Shown: positions 11,301 to 24,664, counted from the stretch's first letter. The stretch is DNA of 64,000 nt from Dictyostelium discoideum (GCA_000004695.1 CM000154.2:2144001-2208000); one strand, 5' to 3'. Translations and numbers: made by a program. The notes: generated by a model from the letters alone, not told the origin.

Positions 11301-11430
11301 TATTAAACAATTACAAGATGAAATTGATAATCCAGATTTTAAACAAAGAGTACCTGAAAAAGTTCAAAATATTAAAATTGAAAAATTAAATCAATATAAA
11401 ATTGAATTAAAAGAAATTTATAAAAAATAA
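8383..11430 (+). CDS. Valyl-tRNA synthetase, mitochondrial-type, exon 2
   Basis: Acceptor AG at 8381-8382. KVVEEFKYKYWQDSGLFKP...MVLPPPNVTGSLHIGHSL (HIGH motif), GRKMSKSLGNVIDP (KMSKS motif), class I ValRS editing and anticodon-binding regions, C-terminal coiled coil. 1051 aa in total. Confidence 0.85.
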   Translation, partial: KVVEEFKYKYWQDSGLFKPKSNNGGEKFSMVLPPPNVTGSLHIGHSLTTTIQDSLIRYNRMMGKEVLWVPGLDHSGIATQVAVEKELQVKQGKTRFDLGREKFLEQVFQWTDQYSSNINNQLKITGSSLDWSRSVFTLDEQRNDAVQTAFIRMFEMGLIYRSTRLVNWCPYLQSVISDIEVDHKVIEKPTMLKLKSRKKSVEVGAIHNIAYMMEDPMLAPLIVSTTRPETIFGDTGLAIHPLDERYKDYHGKFAIHPFNHERIPIVLDDILVNREMGTGVVKITPAHDFNDYQCGQRHSLPIVNILNSNGTLNENSTAEFEGVDRLDARSMVIEKLEQMGLYREKLAHPQTLSICSRSGDLLEPVLKPQWYVKCKDMADKSIEFVESGEIKIIPESFRADWSRWLTNIQDWCISRQLWWGNPIPAYRVIMIDKVTNEDLDIHLTETERLKQEKWVVGKNEKEARENVFKTYGIANAGEYRLEKDQDVLDTWFSSGLFPISSMGWPTATKNSDNDNDFSRFLPLDVMETGSDILFFWVARMVMMCSTLNNGEVPFKTILLHPMIRDSQGRKMSKSLGNVIDPLHVINGISLQDLKENLSKSNLSQQEKVTATKGLEKEFPQGIPQCGTDSLRFSLAQYPINGKDINLDISKIIGNRLFCNKLWNASKFVFNYLVNLNNLSINLYYNNNNNEKDQQQPFNYLESTTLIDKWILLKLSKLVEIVNESYKSNNLSIAAQSLYSFFQYDFCDIYIECIKADLSKPILSKQNEHSSLVLASVLDSYLRMLHPFMPFITEDLWQRLPKSKQQLEIANSIEIDDSLSIMISDYPNPSYKYHQLFKNQEIEIEKQVNLFLDTLKLIRSQKVSLGINEKTKLIIKLQIIGDDQILIKSSFNQLKDSFEKLLNSNLIIDENNNNDNNNNNDNNDLTNISINKFTISKELQISIEFDKEINNQLNQKLINPNQSNDKKILKLENFIKQLQDEIDNPDFKQRVPEKVQNIKIEKLNQYKIELKEIYKK

Positions 11431-11527
11431 AAATAATAAAAAATATTAATTAATTAATTAATTAATTTAAATTTATTTAAATGTGTTTGTATAGTTTTTT
11501 TTTTTTTTTTTTTTTTTTATGATTTTT

Positions 11528-13162
11528 TTAATTTTCAAAATCTAAAATAAAATCAATATTTTCTCTTGAATTTGGATTTAAAAGTATTGATTTTGTAATT
11601 GATTTATAACCAAAACTTGAAACTGTTACATTATAGAAACCATCATCTAATAATCTTGAATAATAACCATTTGAGGGGTCAGTTGTTACAATTTTATCAA
11701 TATTTGAAATTTGAATTTGAGCAAATAAATTCTCATTATTATTATTAGTGACTCTACCAAAGATACTCATTGATAGTGGTAATGAAATGAATTTAACCAA
11801 TGCATTACGATTATCATTCCAAAATCTATTTAATTCAATTGATTTTGGAATTTTCTCTGATGATAGTTCTAATGTGATTTCCATACCATTGGTGAAGTCA
11901 TAGTTGTAATCTTGCATGCCACCTCTGAGAGTGTACCATTTAGCACCGTTGACAATTCCACCAAGGAATTCTTTTGATTGATACATTTTAGCATGATTCA
12001 ATGAATATGTCAATGCCATTCTTCTGAATACGACATCATCGGTTGTTGGATACTGAATACCGAATCCATAGCCATTATCACTGTCTCTGGTCGAATCGAA
12101 TGGGTAGTTGGCAACTAATGAGCCACCATGTAGATTTGCAGACATTACAAAATTTCTTTCTTTACTCCAATCGATGATTGATTGAACTTCAGGTTGAATC
12201 TTTTTATAAAGTTCACTACTTGATCCCACAAATTTATCTGGAAAATTTCTATTCAAATCGAAATGATTTGCATTCTCTCTTTGACCAAGTTCATATCCAT
12301 CTGGATTCATTGATGGTACAATTGAAATAATTAAATTTTCAAATAATTCGACATACTCTTTATCAACTTTTGAATTTCTGTATAATAAATGATCAATTAA
12401 ATAAATTAACATTTGTCTACCAACAACTTCATCACCATGCATATTACCAACTAATTTAACATTTTGTTTAAATTTATTATTATTGTTTTTTTTTAATTGA
12501 AAATTTGATAAATCAATTGCCCATAATTCTCTACCCAATGATGATTTACCAATTGAATATAATTTTGATTGATTTGGATAATAGTTTGAAATTTTTTTCA
12601 TAAAATCAGTTAATTGATTATAATTTAAATAATGATTATAATCAATGATACCAGATTCTGATCTAACTAAAAATGGTGATTGTCCATATGCAGTACTACT
12701 ACCACCTTTATTATAATTATAACGCATTGATTCTAATAAAACTGTAATTCTTTTTAATTTATCCATTTCAGTTTGAATTGTAGTTCCTAAAATTTCTTCT
12801 AAATTTTTCACTAAATTTAATTTGATTTCAAGTCCAAATTCTTTCTTTTTTTCATTTAAAAATTTAAATTGATCTTCATTTAAATAAACATTAAATTGAT
12901 TTTCACTGGTTAATATTAATTTATTATCATCTTGGTTGATTGATAATTGATTTTCAACATAGTCCAATAAATCCCTTGTCAATGGTTGACCAACTGAATT
13001 GATTGTATAAAAATTCAATTTCTTTAATTTTATACAAACATCACCACTTTCATCAAATTTTTCACAACCATTAATCATTAATTGTTCAATTTCACAATTT
13101 ACAACATTTTTAATAAATACTATAAAATAAATAATTAATAAATAAATTGTTAAAATTTTCAT
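11528..13162 (-). CDS. Secreted zinc carboxypeptidase, M14 family (carboxypeptidase D/E-like) with C-terminal transthyretin-like domain
   Basis: 544-aa ORF. N-terminal hydrophobic signal (MKILTIYLLIIYFIVFIKNVVNC), HGDE zinc-ligand motif (VGNMHGDEVVGRQ), SMNPDGYE, NLHGGSLVANYPFD, and a C-terminal all-beta module. Convergent with ValRS, 97 bp between the two stop codons. Confidence 0.8.
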   Translation of the reverse strand: MKILTIYLLIIYFIVFIKNVVNCEIEQLMINGCEKFDESGDVCIKLKKLNFYTINSVGQPLTRDLLDYVENQLSINQDDNKLILTSENQFNVYLNEDQFKFLNEKKKEFGLEIKLNLVKNLEEILGTTIQTEMDKLKRITVLLESMRYNYNKGGSSTAYGQSPFLVRSESGIIDYNHYLNYNQLTDFMKKISNYYPNQSKLYSIGKSSLGRELWAIDLSNFQLKKNNNNKFKQNVKLVGNMHGDEVVGRQMLIYLIDHLLYRNSKVDKEYVELFENLIISIVPSMNPDGYELGQRENANHFDLNRNFPDKFVGSSSELYKKIQPEVQSIIDWSKERNFVMSANLHGGSLVANYPFDSTRDSDNGYGFGIQYPTTDDVVFRRMALTYSLNHAKMYQSKEFLGGIVNGAKWYTLRGGMQDYNYDFTNGMEITLELSSEKIPKSIELNRFWNDNRNALVKFISLPLSMSIFGRVTNNNNENLFAQIQISNIDKIVTTDPSNGYYSRLLDDGFYNVTVSSFGYKSITKSILLNPNSRENIDFILDFEN

Positions 13163-13225
13163 TTAAATAAAAAAAAAAAAAGTTTATTATTATTATTTTT
13201 ATTATTATTATTGTTATTGTTATTT

Positions 13226-13268
<43 letters not shown>

Positions 13269-13365
13269 CTTGGTAAATATTTTTTTTATTTCTATTTTTA
13301 AATTTTTTTTTTTTTTTTCTCTTGGTAAATATTTTTTATTTTATTATGTTTTTATTGTATTGTTG

Positions 13366-13405
<40 letters not shown>

Positions 13406-13427
13406 CTATTTTTAGTTGATGTTAAAT

Positions 13428-13458
<31 letters not shown>

Positions 13459-14185
13459 TTTTTTTTTTTTTTATAAAATTATAAAAAATTGTTTGAAAGA
13501 AAATAAAATAAATTTTTTAAAATAATTGCCTTTTACCAAAAATAATTATTTACCTTTTTAATATTTATTGATTATTATTATTGTTATTAATCACTCATTA
13601 TTCTAGTTTGTGGTATTTTTGTGTGTGTTGAAATAGTAGGTTATTATTAAATTACCAAATTGTTTTATTTTTTTTTAATACTTAAAGATTTTTTTTTTTT
13701 TTTATTACTTAATTATTACAATAAAATTGCCATTCTCTTTGAAAATACCAACACTAATCGTTTCTTTTTTATTTTATTTTTTTATTTTTTTTAAATTTTT
13801 TTTTTTTTTTTTGTTTTTTTACAACTTTTTTTTATTTTTTTTTTATTTTTTTTTATTTTTTTTTAATTTTAATTTTTTAAATTAAGTTTTGATAATCTGA
13901 AAAAAAAAAAAAACAAGCTTATAAATAAAATATACTAAAAATAGTAACTTTTTTTTTTTCAATAACATTATTATACTTTCACACTCATATTCAAATACTA
14001 CCACCAACATACATTTGTATATGTTTTTAAACCACAAATTGTGTACTATTTACTGATCCAACTTGCACAACAAATATTTTACCTCAATCCAAATATCCTC
14101 ACACATACATAACCCAAAATTTTATATCTCACAACATACATACATACATACATACATATACATAAAAAAAGTATTAATTTATTAA

Positions 14186-14318
<133 letters not shown>

Positions 14319-14459
14319 AATATCCTTGTACATTTTTTTTTTTTTTTTTTTTGGAAAAAATAATAAATTAAAAAAAAGTAAAGAAAAGAAAATTGAGAAT
14401 AGAAAATAGAAAATAAAAAAAAACAAACAAACAACAATAGAATATATATATAAACCATT

Positions 14460-14624
14460 ATGTCATCAAATAATTCATCAAGATATGTAAAGAATGAAAA
14501 CAGAAGACCACCACCAACAATGTGCGATAGTGTCAGAGCTGCTTCTTTAAAATGCTCTGAAACAAATTCAAAATATGATTGCCAAATTTTCTTTGAAGCT
14601 GCCACTAAATGTAGATCTGAAAAG
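14460..14624 (+). CDS. Twin Cx9C (CHCH-domain) mitochondrial intermembrane-space protein, exon 1
   Basis: MSSNNSSRYVKNENRRPPPTMCDSVRAASLKCSETNSKYDCQIFFEAATKCRSEK has two C-x9-C pairs at exact spacing (CDSVRAASLKC and CQIFFEAATKC). Donor GTATGT at 14625. Confidence 0.65.
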
Positions 14625-14864
14625 GTATGTTCAATCTTTATGTGTGAGTGTGTGTTGTGTAATTTATTTTTTTTTTATTTTTTTTTTTTTTTTTTTTTTT
14701 AGGTTTAGAAGATTTTATTCTTTTATTTTTTTTTTCCAAGATCTTTAATCTATTATTATTATTATTTTTATTTTCATTTTTTAATTTTATTTTTTTCAAA
14801 AAAAAAATTTATTGAAATTTAAAAATCTTTCCTCTTTATTAATTATTTTTATTCCCATTTTTAG

Positions 14865-15002
14865 ACAAAATTAGAAGATGAAGAGAAAAATATTAAAAAA
14901 TATTTAAATGGAGAATTAACAGATACACAAAGAATATCTTTGCAAAATAGGATGGACGAAATTAAAATTATAAAATCTAAACAATATCCAGTACCAAATT
15001 AA
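14865..15002 (+). CDS. Twin Cx9C (CHCH-domain) protein, exon 2 (stop TAA 15000-15002)
   Basis: Acceptor TAG at 14862-14864. Phase-0 continuation TKLEDEEKNIKKYLNGELTDTQRISLQNRMDEIKIIKSKQYPVPN*. 100 aa in total. Confidence 0.55.
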   Translation, partial: TKLEDEEKNIKKYLNGELTDTQRISLQNRMDEIKIIKSKQYPVPN

Positions 15003-15005
15003 AAA

Positions 15006-15150
15006 ATTTAAAATAATAAAATAATCGATTACTTTATTATTAAAAAAAAAAATAATAATAATAATAAAATAAAATTTAATTGGTGATATATAAATTTATT
15101 TTTTTGTTTTTTAATTTAAAATAATAAAATAATCGATTACTTTATTATTT
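15006..15150. repeat. Direct repeat of about 35 bp (TTTAAAATAATAAAATAATCGATTACTTTATTATT) in two copies about 107 bp apart
   Basis: Copies start near 15006 and 15113, immediately 3' of the CHCH gene stop. Confidence 0.7.
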
Positions 15151-15307
15151 TAAAAAAAAAAAAAAAAAAAATTTAATGATATAATTATTCAATTTAAAAA
15201 CCTAAAAAATAAATTCAAAGCATATATCAAAAAATTCTTTTCACTCTATTTTTTTTTATTTTTTATTACCTACCATCATTAGTAATTAGATTTCTAAATA
15301 ATATCTG

Positions 15308-15348
<41 letters not shown>

Positions 15349-15615
15349 AAAGATATTTTTTGGGAAAAAAAGATATTTTCATTATTCAAGAAAAAAAAAA
15401 GAAAAAAAAAGAAAAAAAATAAAAAATGAAAATTTGTGGGAGAGTGAAATAATTTAGAATGAAAATTTTCATATAAAGTTTTATAATTTTTTTTTTTTTT
15501 TATAAATTCATTTCATTATTAATTTTTAATATATATATATATAATTTTTATATTTACAACACATTTATTATTATAAACAAATTCCAAAGGACAAAAAAAA
15601 AAAAAAAAATAAAAA

Positions 15616-16638
15616 ATGAGAGATGTTATTAGAGCTTGGATTCCAATTGATACAAATGTAAATGCACCAAATTATCAAATTCCAAATTTTGAAAATCAAA
15701 AAGATTTATTTGTTGCAATGTTAGCACCAAGTGAAAATGAACCACCTTCACCACCATCAAATCCACATTCTTACAATGAACCAAAAGATGAAAAGGATAA
15801 GAAAATTGATGAATTAACTTTAGATTGGATTGACACTATGAGTTACTCACACAATGTTTCATCAAATTCAAAAGAGTCACATCTTGGTGAATTAACATTA
15901 ACCAAATTTGTTTGTGACCGTTCACCATCATTGAATTATATGGCATTACGTCGTGAAATCATTCCTCATATTATTCATCGTTGTATTGGTAAAATGAAGG
16001 ATAATGTACTCCCAATCATTGAATATGAATTACATTATTGTACATTGAGAAATGTTTCCATCTCTGGTGGTGTCGGTGGAAAACCAGTTGAAACATTATC
16101 AATTGCATGTAAAATCATGATTATAAAGAATATTAAAATCAATGTTGAATCTGGTGAATTATTATGTTACCAAGTTTGCAACTGGGATACTCTTAAGGAA
16201 ACTGGCTCAAAGACAATTCGTCCATCAATTAATGGTACTTCAACAAAATCATCCTTATTAGATTTAGCAAAGAAACGTTTAATGGTTGATTTCGATTCTC
16301 ATGATCCCTCAATGATTAAATTATTAAAAGATCTTGGAATTGTATCTGAATATAATTTACCACATTCAGATAATAGTAATGTTGATGAAACTGAGTTCCA
16401 TAGAGTTATGATTAATAAAGAACCCCCACTATTCCAAGTACTTGATTTACCACCAACACGTACTTTAACAGTTGAAAAAGTTAAAAAATCAATCTCTGAT
16501 AAACTTAATATTCCATTAGATACAATCAAACATTTATTTAATCATTCAAATGGTATCTTGATTGATTCTCCAAAAATTTTAAAAATTTCAACTTCATATA
16601 TGGTACAACTTACCGATGGTAAATTCTATGGTCATTAA
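15616..16638 (+). CDS. Hypothetical protein, 340 aa, intronless
   Basis: Long ORF with non-AT codon usage and a poly-A leader before ATG 15616. No family recognised from MRDVIRAWIPIDTNVNAPNYQIPNFENQKDLFVAMLAPSENEPPSPPS...LTDGKFYGH. Confidence 0.6.
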   Translation: MRDVIRAWIPIDTNVNAPNYQIPNFENQKDLFVAMLAPSENEPPSPPSNPHSYNEPKDEKDKKIDELTLDWIDTMSYSHNVSSNSKESHLGELTLTKFVCDRSPSLNYMALRREIIPHIIHRCIGKMKDNVLPIIEYELHYCTLRNVSISGGVGGKPVETLSIACKIMIIKNIKINVESGELLCYQVCNWDTLKETGSKTIRPSINGTSTKSSLLDLAKKRLMVDFDSHDPSMIKLLKDLGIVSEYNLPHSDNSNVDETEFHRVMINKEPPLFQVLDLPPTRTLTVEKVKKSISDKLNIPLDTIKHLFNHSNGILIDSPKILKISTSYMVQLTDGKFYGH

Positions 16639-16672
16639 ATAAAATAAATAAAGTTTTTCTATTTATTTAATT

Positions 16673-16703
<31 letters not shown>

Positions 16704-17697
16704 AGTTATGTTAAATTTTAATATGAATAAAAATAAATAATTCAAAATATTCAATATATTAATTGAAATCATTAAATAATCTGTTATTGATTGATTTATA
16801 TTTATTATTATTATTTTTATAAAGTGTTGCCATTTGAAATTGATTTATTTTAATACTTTAACCACTGCCAATACTAATGACATCAATAGAATTTAAACTT
16901 GATAAAACTTTTAATTACAAGGATTTCTTTTGAAGAGTATCAAGAGTTGTTTCGTGAGTTGCAATTCTGTTGACTGTGGTGGATATGGTGATTGATGATG
17001 TTGCATTTAGTGGTGATGAATATTACATTTTTAGTGATTCCGCTTGGTCAATGTTAACATTGACTGCTTTGATTTATATTATTATTATTATTATTATTAT
17101 TATCACTATTTGGAAATTCCATTGACCCACTTAGTAGATTATTCGTTATATTACCTCTTGAACTATTTCTTGATCTTTCACTTCTATGCTCTCAATCTTT
17201 TGATATTCTTGAACGATCTATGTATCGGGAATATTTTCAATTCTCTATCTGATTTTTGAAATAATTACCTAGTTCTGTTTACAAATACTCTATCACCTGA
17301 CTAAATTTAGTTGTTGTAGCTTCAAATAGTGCAACTTCACTGGATTTTTTAAATAACTAAATCAAATCTTTGCCAACACACCAATTTATTGATGGTATCT
17401 TCTTCTATACCCAATCCTAATTGAGAATTCATCTTCACTGGTTTTATAGATTTTTTTATTGAATTTTCATATGTCAAGATTACCAAGAATGCTTGGAATT
17501 GTACCGAGTAAAATAAAATGAAAAAAAATAAAATAAAATAAAATAAAAAGTGTTAAATAAAGGGAAAGGTCAAAATAAAAGAAATGAGAGATAATTTTCA
17601 TTTATTATTTAAATAAATACCAAACTCTTGGTCGATGTAAATATTTTTTTTTTTTTTTTAAATAAATGTGTAAAGAGATATATATGGGTAATGGAAA

Positions 17698-17749
<52 letters not shown>

Positions 17750-18209
17750 AAATAAAAAAAATTTTTAAAAATTTTAAAAAAAGATTTATATATACCAAAA
17801 GAAGAGAAAAAAAAAAATTTTTGTGATTGGTAGTTTCTGAGAAAAAAATGAAAAAAAAAAAAAAAATAAAAATATTTTTACTATTCATATTAAGTTATAA
17901 TTTCTTGGTAAACCAAGAATTTTCAAAAAAAAATTTCGATCTGAGAAGATCAAAAAAAAAAAAAAAAATTAAAAAAATAAAAAAAAAATAAAAAAAAAAT
18001 AAAAAAAAAAAAAATTCGAAGAAGATATGATTTTAGAGATATTTTTTTTTTTTGTTTTTTTAATTTTTTTTTTTTTTTTTTTTTAAAAATAAAACTCCCA
18101 ACTGAAATTTTTTGCTATAAAACTTTTTTTTCAAGTCATTATTTTAACAACAATAAAAGAGTCAAAGTAATTTGTATAACAGTAATAATAATAATAATAA
18201 TAATTTGTA

Positions 18210-18256
<47 letters not shown>

Positions 18257-18284
18257 TATAAAAAAAAAATAAAAAAATAAAAAA

Positions 18285-18564
18285 ATGATTGAAATAAATA
18301 AATTAAAATCATTTGAAGAAGATAAACAAAATATCTTTCAAACTTTTTTAACAAGTGAAAATGATACCAACTTACTTTTCACCACAGCAAAAAAGTTTTT
18401 AGAAAATAAGAATCCAGAACCAACTTTAACAATTAAAATTTGTGAAAAAATTCATAAGATCTATGAAGAAAAAGAGATTCAAAATAAAAAAATCAATTCA
18501 ATTATCCAAGAAGAAGAAAATTGGAAATTAAGTATTTCAAAAGAATTACAAAATAAACATCATG
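18285..18564 (+). CDS. Large helical protein (1471 aa), exon 1
   Basis: MIEINKLKSFEEDKQNIFQTFLTSENDTNLLF...ELQNKHH then G, followed by GTAAGT at 18565. Joins in phase 1 to the exon starting at 18663. Confidence 0.6.
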
Positions 18565-18615
18565 GTAAGTTTATTATTATTATTATTTTTATTATTATTT
18601 TAATTATTATTAATT

Positions 18616-18656
<41 letters not shown>

Positions 18657-18662
18657 AATTAG

Positions 18663-21600
18663 ATTATAAAGAAGAACTTGAAAAAATTCAAAAGAATAAA
18701 GATTTTTATGATTTTTTACCAACAAGTATTAAATCGAATGTATTAGAATATCAAAGAAAAATGTTAGATGTTAGTATGTTAATGGTAAAGAGTGCATACC
18801 ACATTTATGATGATTCAATGATTAGATTGAAAACACCAAAAGCTCAACAACAACAAGACAAAATGGATATTGATTCAAATGAAAATGAAGATCAAGCAAT
18901 CGATTCAAAACAATTAGAGAATGATTATTTATTATCATTTAATAAAGTTTTAAATCAAGCAATTAAAGATATCATTCCAAGTTTTTCAATTGAAATTGCT
19001 AAATTTTTAAAAGAAAAGAATTTACCAACGATTTGCACAAGAGTTTGTAAAGAATTGGCAATTAAGATATCAAATGAAAGAAAAGTCGAGAGAGAAACAC
19101 TAAAGAAGTCAGACTGTGGTGATTTAGACCAAGTGATGTATCAAGTGATTGAGACTTGTATTGGTTCAATCTTTGATACCATTTCAAAATTGGATCAAAA
19201 AGTCAAACTTTCACCACACTTAGTTACCGACAGAGAACTTTCAGATTTAACCATGTTAAAGAATGGTGAATTGTTAAAAGAATTCATTGAATTCATTTTA
19301 CCAGACTATTTACAATCACCAGAGGGTATCATTAAAATCGGTCAATACTTATTATCAATCAATCAATACAATCATGTTGTATTGGTTGCTGAACGTGGTA
19401 GAATCAGATTGGAAAAATTAAAGAAAGAACAAGTTGAAAAGGAACAATTGCAACAAAAACTTGCATTTTTATCCAAAGAAATTGAATCCATTGAAAAGGT
19501 ATCTGGTTACTCCGATGAAAAGAGAGGCGATTTAGTTCAATTGGAAAAGGAATTCTCTGTTTATAAAATGTATCCAACTTATTATTCAATGAACAAAAGA
19601 GAATTTAGTAAACATAATCTCGATATTGCAACCCTTAGAATTAAATCGATCTTGGAGATGAAAGATGCTTCCAAAGGTGTATTGAATATTCAATCACATT
19701 TAGACGACACCTTAAAGACTTTATTAGATCCAAATCATATCTACCAATTGGCTGTCCTTTTACAAAAAACTGAAATTGATACTGCTTTAGTTTATGGTGA
19801 ACGTTGTCAAAGATTCATCACTGATTTAGAGATTCTTAGAGAGGTTAGATTACCATTAACTTTAAGAATTAAAGAATTGGAGGGCGAAGAAACTACACTT
19901 CGTTTAGATGGTCGTACAATCTCTGAAGAAAAGAAAACTGAATTGGAACAATTGTTAGAGAATACTAAATCACTTCCAGAATTCCCATTCTTTTCAGAGT
20001 TAACCAATCGTAATGAATATGATCGTCTCAATTTACAAGTTGCTCAAATGATGATTACATGTGTCTTGGAAAAGAAATCCAAATTATCAACCTCAAAAGA
20101 TCAATCACAAAAAGATCGTCTCAATCAACAAGTTTCAGCTTTAATCATAATGTGTTTAGAGAAATTTAAAGATCCAAAATATTTATTAGAGTTGGAGAAA
20201 CATTTATTACTTTCAAGAGAGGATAAAGTTGTAATTCAAATTGCTAATCAAATCTTTAATCGTTGTGATGAAATTGAAAATCAACGTATTCAAAGAGTTT
20301 TACTCGAAAAGAAAGAAAAAGAAACAACCGATGATTTGGAAAAATCAAAAATCGGTGAACAAATTAAAAAATTACCAACTTTCCCTTACTATGCTTCATT
20401 AACAATTGAAAATCAATATGATGAAACAATTTATGATGCCGCTGAACAATTGATGAGCTTCCTCTTGGATAATATTTCATTCATTGATGAGAAATTAAGA
20501 AAATCTAAACTTTTCAATATTAAAAACATTGAAGATGAACAATTAATTAAAGATAGAGAAGAAACCGAGAAATTAGTTACTGAATCATTATCAAATTGTC
20601 TTAGATTTGTTAGATCACCATCATTGGTTTGTAAATTTGCAAATGCTTTAGGAGCAAAGAGAGAATCATTATATTTAGAGATTTCAAAACATATTCATCC
20701 AATTATCATTGAAAAACATAAACAAGCAATGGAAATTAAACAACATCAATTCCTTATTGAAACTTTAAATTTAGAATTATCTGATCTCTCAAAGATGAAG
20801 AAAGAAATGCCGGAATCCGATATCGAATTACTTCAATCAACAACTGATCGTATGAAAACCATTCAATTCCCATACCTTGATCAATGGGTTAGATCAAGTC
20901 ATTATAATTCACAATTGATTTCAAATGGTATACAATTATTATTAAAGAATAAACAAGAATATCAATCACCAAAAACCACCACAATTTCAAAGAATGAATT
21001 AGCAAATCTCGTTAAATTAAATCAAGAGAATTTCATTGAACAATTTAAATTACTCTCTCAATATTTAGAAGATCCAAAAACTTTTACCCAAATTTTAACT
21101 CTTCTTAGAGTTAGTAATGATTTTGAAAATGTTACAGAAGTTGGTAAATTAGCATTTGCAAAATTAAAATTATTTAGAGAACATCAAAATAAAGTTAAAG
21201 AATTGAATGAAAATAAGAAATTATTAGTAGAAGAACGTGACCAACTCAATAAACAACGTCGTCGTCTTTCAACTGAGAAGCATTTATCTCTTAGAGAAAT
21301 TACAATCACTGAACATTTAAATTCATTATTGGAGCCATATTATATTGCAAATTTAGATTCATTGGCTTTAATCATTGGTAGTGTATTAATTGAAGCAAAT
21401 ACTTGTGAAAGAAGTGAATTTGAAATTAAAGTGTCTTCAAAAGCATTTGAAAATCAATTTAAATATATCTCTGAACAAAGAAAACGTATCAATGATAACA
21501 TTAGTCAAACAATTAAATTGGTAGTTGAAAATATTGAATCAATTGAAGATTTACTTAAATTTACAAATGATTTATATTCAAAGAAAGAATATTTATTAGT

Positions 21601-22798
21601 ATTACAAGTTGGTACAATCATTGAAGCATCATTAGAACAAAAAAAGAATGCCATTGAACATAAAGAGAATTTATTAAAAGAAATTAAAGAACTTCAAGGT
21701 AAATATCTTCATTCACAAAATCCAAAAGATCGTGAAAAGATTCAAGCATTTATCGATCAAAATCAACAAGAATACGATTCAATCACTCTTGATCATACCT
21801 ATGAAGTCAATAAGGAATTAACCATTCAAATCACTAAACTTATGATTGAATCTGCTTCAATCGAAGATCAAGGTGATATTTTACGTGAACAACTCATCCT
21901 CTCTTTCAAAAATACAACTTCACCATTGGATTGGGATCGTATTCGTAACATTTCAAATGAAGAAGAATGGGCTGAAACAAAGAAAGAATTGGTCATTTAT
22001 ATCATGAAGAGAGAGGAAAATATTAATAGTAAAATTGAATTACTACTTAAGGATCTCTTATTTGAAGAAGCAATTCAAATTTTCCCACATCCATCATCTG
22101 ATAATGATCAAGAGTTGGATATTCAATTGAATCTTTTAGTTAGTCTTTATGATGCTGTAGATCAACATGCTTTCCATTTAATTAATGGTGTAATTCCAAT
22201 CATTCAACGTTTCGCTAAAAGATGTTATATCGAATGGAAATATGAAAAATTAGATATTCTCTATGATTCACTTCAAAAGAGATTCCCAAAGGAAATCATT
22301 TCAATCTTTACCATTGCCATTGATATGATGTTGGTTAATATCTTACAAAGTCAATATCCATTGTTTTTAAATATGATGAAATCAATGAAAAATCGTCTTG
22401 TTGCAACACTTGGTCTAGATGGTCTTTGGGAAGATTTCTTGGCTGGTTTTAGAAAGAATTATAAATCAAAAAAGAGACTCATTCAAATGATTTCTTTAAT
22501 TGGTGATTCTGTTTGGCAAATTAATGTAAATCCAAATAGTGCCACTGGTAAACAAATTGCAAAAAGAACTCTCCCACAATCATCACAATCTGTTCATAAA
22601 AAGATTAAAGTTTCTGCTCCAACTCCTTCACTTACTGGTGTACCAAAAAAATTATCTGCTAAAAAATCTGTTGACGATGATGAAGAATTTGATGAAAATG
22701 AAAATGAAAATGGATATGAAGATGAAAATGAAAATGAAAATGGATATGAAAATGAAAATGAAGAACAAGAAGAATTAGAAGCAACTGATGAAGAATAA
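18663..22798 (+). CDS. Large helical protein (1471 aa) with internal duplication and acidic C-terminal tail, exon 2
   Basis: Acceptor AG at 18661-18662. (D)YKEELEKIQKNKDFYDFLPTSIKSNVLEYQRKMLDVSMLMVK... is a 4.1-kb uninterrupted ORF ending DDDEEFDENENENGYEDENENENGYENENEEQEELEATDEE*. The motif LP.FP.F..LTN.NEYD occurs twice (around residues 400 and 540). Identity unknown. Confidence 0.7.
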
Positions 22799-23098
22799 AT
22801 ATTTAAAGAATAAAAAAAAAAAAAAATAATAAAAAAAAAAATATATAATCATAAAATATAAAATAAACTCTTTAACCATATTAATTATATCCTCAAATCA
22901 AAATTGGATCTATCAGATTCAATACCTAAATCTTTGATATATTTAAAATTCATTTCATAAAATTAAGAAAAAAAAAAAAAAAAAAAACAATTCAATAAAA
23001 CTCTAAATAATAATATTGTACTTAAGTAGATCTGAAAAAATATAAAAATTACCCAATAATTTAAAACAAAAACTATCATTGTGATAATTTTACATTGC

Positions 23099-23129
<31 letters not shown>

Positions 23130-23143
23130 TTATGTTTAACTTT

Positions 23144-23177
<34 letters not shown>

Positions 23178-23512
23178 CTATGTAAAATTTGGTTGAAACT
23201 TTAACAAAATAAAAACTGAACCGCCATATCAATTTTGATTTTGATAGTACCCAATACCAAAGGGTATAAAATTAAAATTCAAATAATTTAATTTTTTTTA
23301 TAAAAAAAAAAAATAATAAAAAAAAATGAACCATTTTTTCATTTTCAAATAATTTGGAAAAAAAAAATCACAAAATTTGACCCATCATAAAATGGGAATA
23401 AAAATTTAATTAATTTTGATTTTTTTTTTTTTTTTTTATTTTTTTTTTTTTTTTTTTATTTTTGGATAAATATTAAATTTTTTTTTTTTTCTTATCATTA
23501 TTCAATCTATAA

Positions 23513-24664
<1,152 letters not shown>

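Noticed and set aside
17044-17259. 71-aa plus-strand ORF in the non-AT island
   Set aside because: Begins with a non-ATG start, contains a poly-Y tract from (ATT)n, and has no support as protein. The island itself is reported as a finding.
22539-22778. 79-aa plus-strand ORF with the MKMKMD repeat
   Set aside because: Alternate frame of the GAA/AAT-rich acidic tail of the 1471-aa protein.
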